Shown here piece by piece: positions 38,517 to 46,447 of a stretch of 64,000 bases of DNA. The position numbers were made by a program, and so were the translations under genes. Position 1 is the first letter of the stretch. Each line of letters opens with the position of its first letter. Source of the DNA: Spirochaetota bacterium (GTDB taxonomy: Bacteria > Spirochaetota > UBA4802 > UBA5550). The notes below the pieces were generated by a model. That model was not told the origin of the DNA. It saw only the letters and a program-made list of their open reading frames with translations, and did not search any database. The stretch spans positions 2,959-66,958 of the forward strand of contig JBGSQT010000021.1 in assembly GCA_041737965.1 (NCBI GenBank), given 5' to 3'.

Positions 38517-39881
38517 ATGAGTCATTTTGATATTGTTAAGCTTTCTGAAGTAATTAAACAACGCAAAGGGAGCATTATTATTGATAATGATAAGGAATAT
38601 AAACTATGCCGAGTTCAATTGCACCGACGAGGTGTTGTCCTACGCGGGAAACAATTTGGATATCAGATAAAAACAAAAAAACAGCAGATATGTCATGCTG
38701 GTGATTTAATTGTCGCTGAGATGGATGCCAAATTTGGAGGATATGGTTTTATTCCCTCAGAATTAGAAGGAGCAATTGTAAGTAGTCATTATTATTTATA
38801 TAGTCTTGATAAATCAAAAATAACTCAAGAGTACTTACAGACTTTGATTAAAACTGATTATATTCAAAATCAAATTGAAGCAAAAGGGAGTACTAATTAT
38901 TCTTCAATAAGGGCATGGGAATTTCTGGATTATAAAATTCCATTACCAAGCTTAGAAAGACAACATGAAATTTCTTTGAATTATATTAGACATGATAATT
39001 TTAAAGAATCATTTATTCGGGAAAACGATTATCAATCCTCCTACCTCTCCCTTCTCCGACAAGCCATCCTGCAGGAAGCCATCGAAGGAAAATTAACCGA
39101 GGCCTGGCGTAAGAAAAATCCTGTCAAACCGGGCGACCCGGACTACGACGCGGCGTCGCTTCTTGAGAAGATCAAGGCTGAAAAGCAGAAGCTCATTGCG
39201 GAAGGGAACCCTTCGACCGGGCTCAGGGCGAGGATTAAGAAAGAGAAGCCCCTTGTCCCGATTAAGCCCGAGGAGGTGCCGTTCCAGGTGCCGGAGGGGT
39301 GGGTGTGGTGCAGGTTGGGGGAGGTGTGTTTTAAAATAACTGATGGTTTTCACAATACTCCTAAAAAATTATTAAAAGGAATTCCTTACATAGCTGCGAC
39401 ACATGTGAAATCAGATAAAATTGATTGGGAACAATGTCATTATGTATCTGAAAAGGATCATAAAGAACTATTTACGAAAACGTATCCACAAAAAGGAGAA
39501 ATATTATTAGTTAACATTGGAGCTGGATGTGGTACACCTGCAATTATTGATGTTGACTTTGAGTTTAGTTTTAAAAATACAGCAATTTTAAAATTTAACC
39601 AATCACATATTTCTAATAAATATATATTCAATTATTTTATTCTTAAACGTAATGAAATTTATTCAGAGCTTACAAAGGGAGGTTTACAACCTTTTTTAAG
39701 TTTAAGTATACTAAATAATATTATAATCCCGCTTCCCCCTCTTGATGAACAGTATGCTGTTGTTGAGCGAGTTGAGCGGCTTGTCGCAATGGTGAATGAG
39801 CTGGAAATGCAGGTGGCCGAGCGGAAGGAGCGGGCGGAGGAGTTGATGCAGGCAGTGTTAAGGGAGGCGTTTGAGGCATGA
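38517..39881 (+). CDS. hsdS: Type I R-M specificity subunit (two TRDs)
   Basis: 454-aa ORF. Two AT-rich variable TRDs separated by a GC-rich central conserved helix (SYLSLLRQAILQEAIEGKLTEAWRKKNP...) and a C-terminal conserved helix (LDEQYAVVERVERLVAMVNELEMQVAERKERAEELMQAVLREAF). Confidence 0.88.
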   Translation: MSHFDIVKLSEVIKQRKGSIIIDNDKEYKLCRVQLHRRGVVLRGKQFGYQIKTKKQQICHAGDLIVAEMDAKFGGYGFIPSELEGAIVSSHYYLYSLDKSKITQEYLQTLIKTDYIQNQIEAKGSTNYSSIRAWEFLDYKIPLPSLERQHEISLNYIRHDNFKESFIRENDYQSSYLSLLRQAILQEAIEGKLTEAWRKKNPVKPGDPDYDAASLLEKIKAEKQKLIAEGNPSTGLRARIKKEKPLVPIKPEEVPFQVPEGWVWCRLGEVCFKITDGFHNTPKKLLKGIPYIAATHVKSDKIDWEQCHYVSEKDHKELFTKTYPQKGEILLVNIGAGCGTPAIIDVDFEFSFKNTAILKFNQSHISNKYIFNYFILKRNEIYSELTKGGLQPFLSLSILNNIIIPLPPLDEQYAVVERVERLVAMVNELEMQVAERKERAEELMQAVLREAFEA

Positions 39882-39968
39882 GGCGGGGGATTTGGGGAGA
39901 GCAATGGGGGATTGTTGGGAGTTATGTGTTCTGATGCTGTAAAAAAATGATTTTCGAGTTATTATAAA

Positions 39969-40859
39969 ATGAGAAAAATATTAAAATTATCAGATACAAT
40001 TCACTCCATTCCGCTTGGTGATTTTCCAATTACCGGCAATCTTAATAAAGATGTGGAAGCTTATGTTAAGTATAAAAATATACCAAGTCATATTCAAAAT
40101 TTAAACGACAATATTTTTGTGACACTCATTTTTCGGTTAGGATTTGGACAAAAAATGACTGTTCATACACTTACTGAAGGTGTAATAGATAAAGTAAAAA
40201 ATACAAAAATTGAAAATGTACCTAATGAAGTTCCAGATTTAATGAAACATTCGTTTCTATTTGAAGCAAAAAATGATAATGTTCTTTTTGATAATATTGT
40301 TTCAATTGGCGGCTTTACATATAATAATGAAATATGCTTATTAATTGGTAAAAAAGATAGTTATTATATCCAACACCATGATGCGTCCTTTGATGGTAGA
40401 AAAATTGAAGACCTTAACTTGGTTTACAATACAAATATTAATTACCCTGAGTCATTTATTCAAATGAAGGAAAGGAAAGATACTTTTGCTTTTGTAACAA
40501 TTCTTTCATTAATGCTTGAGGCTGACCGAACACCTTTGATGGTTGATAGTAAAGCAGAGAAGAAAAATTACAAAACTAAAAGTATAATAAAGAATATTAC
40601 TGAAACAGGTTGGATTAATAAACGTATCTATATAGATAAAAATATTCAATATAAAAATAATTCTAAAGGCTATAGCGAATTAAATAAAAATGGTAAACTA
40701 TTAAAAGATGTTATTGTTCATGGATTTTTAAGGAAGCAGCATTATGGTAAAGATAATGCTCAAATAAAATGGATATATATAGATAGTTTTGATTCAACAA
40801 GATGGGCAAGTAATAAGGATATAAATGTTACTGTGGATATATATGATAAAAAAGAATGA
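39969..40859 (+). CDS. hypothetical protein, no recognisable domain (island module gene 1)
   Basis: 296-aa ORF, very AT-rich, Lys/Asn/Ile-rich but non-repetitive. Co-directional with hsdS, 87 nt downstream. Confidence 0.6.
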   Translation: MRKILKLSDTIHSIPLGDFPITGNLNKDVEAYVKYKNIPSHIQNLNDNIFVTLIFRLGFGQKMTVHTLTEGVIDKVKNTKIENVPNEVPDLMKHSFLFEAKNDNVLFDNIVSIGGFTYNNEICLLIGKKDSYYIQHHDASFDGRKIEDLNLVYNTNINYPESFIQMKERKDTFAFVTILSLMLEADRTPLMVDSKAEKKNYKTKSIIKNITETGWINKRIYIDKNIQYKNNSKGYSELNKNGKLLKDVIVHGFLRKQHYGKDNAQIKWIYIDSFDSTRWASNKDINVTVDIYDKKE

Positions 40860-40928
40860 AAACAAATTTATTGTATAAGCGCGCGTTGCTCGGCCATCCT
40901 GGTCTCGCAAAAGATAAGAAGAGTACTT

Positions 40929-41651
40929 TTGGAAAGTATTAAAAAGCGTAAAATGAATCGAGAGGAAAAACTCGCTGATGATTATTTAAAAAATATTTAT
41001 AACAATGTACTTTTTGAACCTGATGGTAATATCCCACCTGATTTTTTAATAAATAATGACATAGCTGTTGAAGTTCGTAGATTAAATCAGCACAAAATAA
41101 TTTCAGGTAAATACCAACCATTAGATAATAAATCGCTATCTATATTTCATTCTATTGAAAAGGCCATAGAAAGTATAAAATCAGAAAATAATAATTGTTA
41201 TATCGTTAGTATTGATTTTGAACAACCAATCGATATTAGATTTATTAAAAAAGAAATTATTAATAGACTCAAACAATTCTTAGGAAATCCAGTACCATTA
41301 CCATGTAAAATTGAAATTAATGATAGTTTTAGTTTTGAAATTTATCCTGCTGAACCAAAATATTCTTCCACATTTATTTTAGGTGCTATGAATGATCTTG
41401 ATAATGGTGGATTTATATTATCGCTCCTGATAAAAAATATAAATATTTGTATCGACGAAAAGACGGAAAAGATTCAACGTTATAGGAATAAATATAGAAT
41501 ATGGTGGTTAATACTTATTGATACCATTGGATATGGTTCTTATAAATCAGAAATTAATTCAATAAAATCGAAATTAGTAATTGATCCCGTTTGGTCTAAA
41601 ATAATAATATTGAATACTTTGAATGGTGAATTTATAGCAGAAATAACATGA
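40929..41651 (+). CDS. hypothetical protein with PD-(D/E)xK-like N-terminal signature (island module gene 2)
   Basis: 240-aa ORF (TTG start in track; ATG at 40953 also possible). EEKLADDYLKNIYNNVLFEPDGNIPPDFLINNDIAVEVRRL resembles E...PD...(D/E)x(K/R) nuclease cores. Assignment is pattern-based only. Confidence 0.55.
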   Translation: MESIKKRKMNREEKLADDYLKNIYNNVLFEPDGNIPPDFLINNDIAVEVRRLNQHKIISGKYQPLDNKSLSIFHSIEKAIESIKSENNNCYIVSIDFEQPIDIRFIKKEIINRLKQFLGNPVPLPCKIEINDSFSFEIYPAEPKYSSTFILGAMNDLDNGGFILSLLIKNINICIDEKTEKIQRYRNKYRIWWLILIDTIGYGSYKSEINSIKSKLVIDPVWSKIIILNTLNGEFIAEIT

Positions 41652-41796
41652 CACCATCAAGCTCAACATCCATGTTTCAATTGTTTTCTGTATCATAAAT
41701 ATAGACAAGTGCTTACTGCATATAACTCAGTGTATGGTGCTTGCGCTCCTCGGGCAGTGGTAAAGTGACATTGATGAATATTTTAGGAGAATATTT

Positions 41797-42053
41797 ATGC
41801 AATCATTACATATTTTACAAGGTGGATATAAAATGATGATAAAGCATTATTTGTAAAACAAAGTAAGATGAAATCACTTACTTGGACTGTCCCCAAGAAA
41901 GCCATCATGGGAGATGATGTAGTTATTTTTATTAATGCATTTGGTTTTTATGCGACCGGATACGTTAAATCCTTGCCAGTAAAGGATAAGAATTGGAGTA
42001 ATAGGTATTCAGCTCTAATAGATAATATATCATTAATTGTACAATTATCGTAA
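41797..42053 (+). pseudogene. frameshifted small gene relic
   Basis: ATG 41797 with TAGGAGA RBS reads MQSLHILQGGYK, then stops at 41854. The -1 frame continues NDDKALFVKQSKMKSLTWTVPKKAIMGDDVVIFINAFGFYATGYVKSL... to 42053. The frames join at the A-run 41830-41833 (one base missing). Confidence 0.5.
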
Positions 42054-42129
42054 TGACCTGACAATCATTTGAAAAACAGAAGAAGTGGGTGCATACAGTG
42101 GAGAGGTTGAAGCAGAGGTGGGTGGTACT

Positions 42130-44223
42130 ATGACAACCCTTTTTGGCAAGCTGGATAAGATTAAATATTTGCAGATTGTGCATAATGACAAACCAGCAGA
42201 TTTAAGTTTCACAGAGATATTCGACACGAATTCATTTGATGAAATTTCAATAACCACATTTGTATCATCTCCCGGTTTTTTCTTTGAAAACACAAAAAAA
42301 TTTAAAGATGTGACACTCGTCCTTGGTATTGAAGATAATGAATCGATCAGCAGGTTTTATTTTGATCCGGTTGTACAGAATGAGTTTTATAAAGACGCGG
42401 ACAAAGAAACGATTTTAAAAATAAAAAATGGAAGTTTGAAAATTTACTTTGCCCCTTTAAATACATCTATTCATTCTAAATTATACATTCTGAAAAATTC
42501 AACAACGGGCAATGCGAGATTGATTTTGGGTTCCGCTAATTTCACCGAAAACGCCTTTTCCGGTAAAAGACAGTTTGAAGAAATTATAGTATTTGATAAT
42601 GATTATAATCCGGCAATCGTTAAGCTTTATGAGGAACGGTTTTCATATATTCTTAGCCAGTGTGTTGACTTTGTACCAGAAAGATTAAAAAAGAAGATCA
42701 AAGATGGAATCACCATTAATAACATCAATCTTAGTGAAGACGATTTTATTGAAGCTCTAAAGGATAATGTAAAAAGAATAACTCAGACAATTACAATAAC
42801 TGAAGATACAGCTCGGGAGTTTGATATTCTTAAAACAAGTCTTCACAATGACGAAGCAAATGTAAAAAGTAAACTTGAGAGCATTAATCGTACCAGGACA
42901 ATATTTGAGAATATCAGTAAAAACAAGGACGGTATAGTCGCAATTATTACTCCCTCTGAAATTACACGGAAAAAGGAAACGATTATTTCTAAGACCTTTA
43001 TTAAAGAAGATAAGAAAATATTTACCGACAACAGAATCAAAGCATATTACTCTAAAAGCGCGGATAGCATTTTTAGGGAAGACGTATCGAGCGGCTGCAG
43101 TATACATTATGCAGCGAAAGCCGATCTTAATGTATTAAAGGAAAAATTTATTCTATTAAACAGGTTTATTGATGCCTATGACGAGTTTACAATTAATGAT
43201 GTAAAAGAGACAAAGCTCCGTATTTTTGAAGCGATTCTATACTCATTTATTTCGCCGTATATCTGGAAGATAAGAGACGAATATGCCCGTATAGATAATA
43301 AAAACGAGGCAAGAGCATCTGTTCCAATTTTTTTATTAATTGCGGGACAATCTCAATCGGGGAAAACTCATCTAATCAAATTCATTAGCAAGATCATGGG
43401 AAATTATGGAAATTATTATCATTTCACAAAGCAGGGTCGGCTATTTTCGCAGGATCATATAAATCCTCAGATTATTGATAATTTTCTTTATGAAGAGATC
43501 CTTACTCCTGTATTTGTAGATGAAATCTCCAAGGAATACTTTAGCTCGCAAAGCTCCGTTACGAGCAATTATATGGGTGAGGATTTTGTAAAAAAGATTA
43601 CTAATACCAAAGAGGGAGTATTTCCCGGAGTCATAGCAACAAGCAATACCGATTTTTCAGCGAATCCCCAGGTGATGAGAAGAATTTACTATATACAACT
43701 CAATAATCCCTTTGATCCGGATAAAAAGACTGAGACTTCAAACTACTTTAATGAAATATATGAAGCATTCGGTACGGAGCTTTTTCAAGATTTTTTATTT
43801 AGACTTGAACAAAAGTTCAAAGAGGAAATGATAATCAATCAAGAAGATTTTTTATGTGTTGGCAGATCAATCTTTCTTGAATACTTTACGGAAATCGGTA
43901 TTCCTGTTCCTTCATGGTTTTCTCCTGGAAGAATCGATGATTATTATTTAAGGGGAAAACAATTATGGCAACGACTCTATAGAATGAAGAAAAAAGGTTT
44001 TAATGAAGATAAATCAAAAAATGAAATTACTATTGATGATGATATTGTCTTTGGCAGTAAGCTTACCGTAAGCAGGGATAAACGTGAATGCTTACAGTAT
44101 CTTCATGCCGGAATAATTATTGAGGACAAGGGACTCGTTGTTTTGAACAGGAAAAAGTTTTTGGGGTTTATCAGCGAAGAAAATTCCGTAATATCATTTA
44201 TAAAACGGTTAAAAAAATCATAG
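42130..44223 (+). CDS. PLD-family (single HKD) nuclease domain fused to SF3/D5-like P-loop NTPase (island module gene 3)
   Basis: ORF 42085..44223; ATG 42130 preferred (AGAGGTG upstream). N-terminal IHSKLYILKNSTTGNARLILGSANFTENAF (HxK...GSxN). C-terminal Walker A LLIAGQSQSGKTHL, Walker B TPVFVDEISK, motif C GVIATSNTDF. Confidence 0.75.
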   Translation: MTTLFGKLDKIKYLQIVHNDKPADLSFTEIFDTNSFDEISITTFVSSPGFFFENTKKFKDVTLVLGIEDNESISRFYFDPVVQNEFYKDADKETILKIKNGSLKIYFAPLNTSIHSKLYILKNSTTGNARLILGSANFTENAFSGKRQFEEIIVFDNDYNPAIVKLYEERFSYILSQCVDFVPERLKKKIKDGITINNINLSEDDFIEALKDNVKRITQTITITEDTAREFDILKTSLHNDEANVKSKLESINRTRTIFENISKNKDGIVAIITPSEITRKKETIISKTFIKEDKKIFTDNRIKAYYSKSADSIFREDVSSGCSIHYAAKADLNVLKEKFILLNRFIDAYDEFTINDVKETKLRIFEAILYSFISPYIWKIRDEYARIDNKNEARASVPIFLLIAGQSQSGKTHLIKFISKIMGNYGNYYHFTKQGRLFSQDHINPQIIDNFLYEEILTPVFVDEISKEYFSSQSSVTSNYMGEDFVKKITNTKEGVFPGVIATSNTDFSANPQVMRRIYYIQLNNPFDPDKKTETSNYFNEIYEAFGTELFQDFLFRLEQKFKEEMIINQEDFLCVGRSIFLEYFTEIGIPVPSWFSPGRIDDYYLRGKQLWQRLYRMKKKGFNEDKSKNEITIDDDIVFGSKLTVSRDKRECLQYLHAGIIIEDKGLVVLNRKKFLGFISEENSVISFIKRLKKS

Positions 44224-44298
44224 CAAATATACTGCTCCCCTGACCTGACAATCCACCTATAAAACATGATATATTGTAAAATACTGAGAGAATATATC

Positions 44299-44560
44299 AT
44301 GGGGAATGAATCTGATTTTGATAGTCCACAAAGATTGACAACGAAAAGAAAGACGGTATTGGTGTTGAGTATTTTTATAGGTGATATTTCAACACAGGAA
44401 GCAGCCCGCCAGAATGGGTTAACAGTGGCAGAAATTCAGGAATGGAAAGACTGTTTTCTATCGGGTGCAGAAAGCGCGTTGCAGAGCCGTTCCAAAGACG
44501 AAGAAGCGCTCAAGGATGAACAGATCAAGAAACTGGAACGCAAGGTGTGCCAGTTGGTGA
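44299..44560 (+). pseudogene. IS3-family OrfA-like HTH transposase fragment
   Basis: MGNESDFDSPQRLTTKRKTVLVLSIFIGDISTQEAARQNGLTVAEIQEWKDCFLSGAESALQSRSKDEEALKDEQIKKLERKV has the HTH + leucine-zipper start typical of IS3/IS911 OrfA. Similarity ends at ~44550. No OrfB/DDE part follows. Confidence 0.55.
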
Positions 44561-44816
44561 AGAATTTGGGCGATACTCTACTTTTGATATCGATTATAAC
44601 GGATTCGTTGAAGATGAAACCCTTGGCCGCAGTTTCGTCCGAAGCCTTGAAGTGATCGGTGAAGCGGTGAAACACCTGCCTCAGGATTTCAGGGACTCCG
44701 ATGACGGCATTGAATGGAAGAAGATCGCCGGAATGAGAGATATGTTGATTCAGCATATTTTCGGCGTCGATTACAAGCTGGTATGGGACGTGGTGAAAAA
44801 CCATGTTCCCGATTAA
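44547..44816 (+). pseudogene. N-terminally truncated HepT (DUF86) toxin remnant
   Basis: ..FVRSLEVIGEAVKHLPQDFRDSDDGIEWKKIAGMRDMLIQHIFGVDYKLVWDVVKNHVP carries the R-x4-H-x-(Y/F) HepT motif. About 25-30 N-terminal residues appear to be missing. No MNT antitoxin gene is adjacent. Confidence 0.6.
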
Positions 44817-44971
44817 AAAAAAAGTATATTGAGACATTGATATGAGTTTCCCCGCCCGGATCGTCCGGAAACCCTGGAACTACTGCAACATCCGTGACTT
44901 TCGGTTGAATTATGATTTCAGGCTGACATACGGAAAAATCGCCAAAAACCGCTAAAAAACAACATAAAAAC

Positions 44972-45001
44972 TTGACAGTACATTGTGTTGTATCCATTTT
45001 A
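44972..45001 (+). promoter_or_regulatory. candidate sigma70-type promoter for tRNA-Thr
   Basis: Perfect TTGACA at 44972-44977. Weak -10 candidates CATTTT/ATTTTA at 17-18 nt spacing. tRNA begins at 45021. Confidence 0.3.
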
Positions 45002-45020
45002 AACAGCAGAAAAAAGTTTC

Positions 45021-45093
45021 GCCAACGTGGCTCAGTCGGTAGAGCAGCTCACTCGTAATGAGCAGGTCGCCGGTTCGATTCCGGCCGTTGGCT
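45021..45093 (+). tRNA. tRNA-Thr (anticodon CGU)
   Basis: Hand-folded cloverleaf: acceptor GCCAACG/CGTTGGC, D arm GCTC-AGTCGGTA-GAGC, anticodon stem GCTCA/TGAGC with loop CTCGTAA, T arm GCCGG-TTCGATT-CCGGC. CCA not encoded. Confidence 0.9.
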
Positions 45094-45266
45094 CACACGC
45101 ACAGGGGCGTCCCGGAAGGGGCGCCCCTCTGTTATCCCGCCGCTGCGACCTCCGGGGCATACCCAATTTATATTGACACCACTGAATCAATAGACGATAA
45201 TTTGACGGATGATTATCGCGAACCGGCATTGTTGACGGTTCGACCCATGCCAATGCGGAGGCGGTC

Positions 45267-46433
45267 ATGGCCGGTCCCCTGGAAGGGCTCAAGATTCTGG
45301 ACTTCACCTATCTGCTACCCGGTCCCTTCGGGACAATGATGCTGGCGGACCTGGGCGCCGACATCATCAAAATCGAAAACAGCGGGAGCCCGGACATCGT
45401 GCGGCTCATGCCCCCCCACATAGACGGCATGAGCGCCCTCTACTCGCACCTGAACCGGGGGAAGAGATCGCTCACCCTGGACCTGAAAAAACCTGAGGCG
45501 CGGGAGATCGTGTTCCGGCTGGTGCGGGAATACGACACGGTGATTGAACAGTTCAGGCCGGGAGCCATGGACAGGCTCGGCATCGGCTACGGGGCGCTCG
45601 GCGCCATCGCCCCCTCCCTGATATTTTGCTCCCTCACCGGCTATGGGCAGACCGGCTCGTACGCCTGCCGCGCCGGGCACGACATCAACTATATGGCCCT
45701 CTCAGGCGCGGACTCCCTTTCGGGACGGCCGGACACCGGGCCGGTCCTCTCCGCGATACAGGTTGCGGACATCGCCGGCGGGTCAAAGAACCTTGTCATC
45801 GGTCTGCTGGCCGCGCATATCGGAAGGATGAACACGGGGAAGGGCGATAGGGTCGACGTGTCCATCACCGACGGCGTCTTCGCCATGACCGCCTTTTCCA
45901 CTGCCGGTTATCTTGCCGGCGGTGCGGAGCCCCACAGGGGCGATCTCCTGACCGGCGGCGCCCTGTACGACTACTATCCCGCGGCCGGCGGCGGGTATCT
46001 TTCCGTGGGGCCCATCGAACCGAAATTTTTTGCCGAGTTCTGTGAAATAATCGGGTGCCCCGACATCGCCGCACACGGCATATTGAACTGGGAGGCCAAA
46101 GGGCGCGTGGCAGAAATTATCGCCGGGAAGCCCCTGTCCCACTGGCGCGAAAAATTCAGAGACCGCGACGCCTGCGTCGAGCCGGTGCGGACGGTGGCGG
46201 AAACGGTGTCATCCCCGCCGATATCTGAGCGCGACATGGTGGTGCCGGTGACCGCCTTCGGCGGCAGGGAGGAGCGGCAGATCGGGAACCCGATAAAGTT
46301 TTCGTCGGGGCGTCACTACGCCCGGCTGGGAGGGGTGCCGCCGGGGTTCCACAACGAGGAGATACTCAGGGGTATCGGCTACGGCCCGGATGAAATCGCC
46401 CGGTTCAGGGAATCGGGCGCGGTGGGGCCGTAA
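45267..46433 (+). CDS. family III CoA-transferase (CaiB/BaiF/Frc-like)
   Basis: 388-aa ORF. N-terminal MAGPLEGLKILDFTYLLPGPFGTMMLADLGADIIKIE is the hallmark start of the family. Confidence 0.88.
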   Translation: MAGPLEGLKILDFTYLLPGPFGTMMLADLGADIIKIENSGSPDIVRLMPPHIDGMSALYSHLNRGKRSLTLDLKKPEAREIVFRLVREYDTVIEQFRPGAMDRLGIGYGALGAIAPSLIFCSLTGYGQTGSYACRAGHDINYMALSGADSLSGRPDTGPVLSAIQVADIAGGSKNLVIGLLAAHIGRMNTGKGDRVDVSITDGVFAMTAFSTAGYLAGGAEPHRGDLLTGGALYDYYPAAGGGYLSVGPIEPKFFAEFCEIIGCPDIAAHGILNWEAKGRVAEIIAGKPLSHWREKFRDRDACVEPVRTVAETVSSPPISERDMVVPVTAFGGREERQIGNPIKFSSGRHYARLGGVPPGFHNEEILRGIGYGPDEIARFRESGAVGP

Positions 46434-46447
46434 ACCTCGGATTTATG

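Noticed and set aside
45103-45128. Hairpin AGGGGCG-N12-CGCCCCT after tRNA-Thr as a terminator
   Set aside because: The stem is perfect but is followed by ctgttatccc with no T-run. It is not convincing as an intrinsic terminator and may be a processing or REP-like hairpin.
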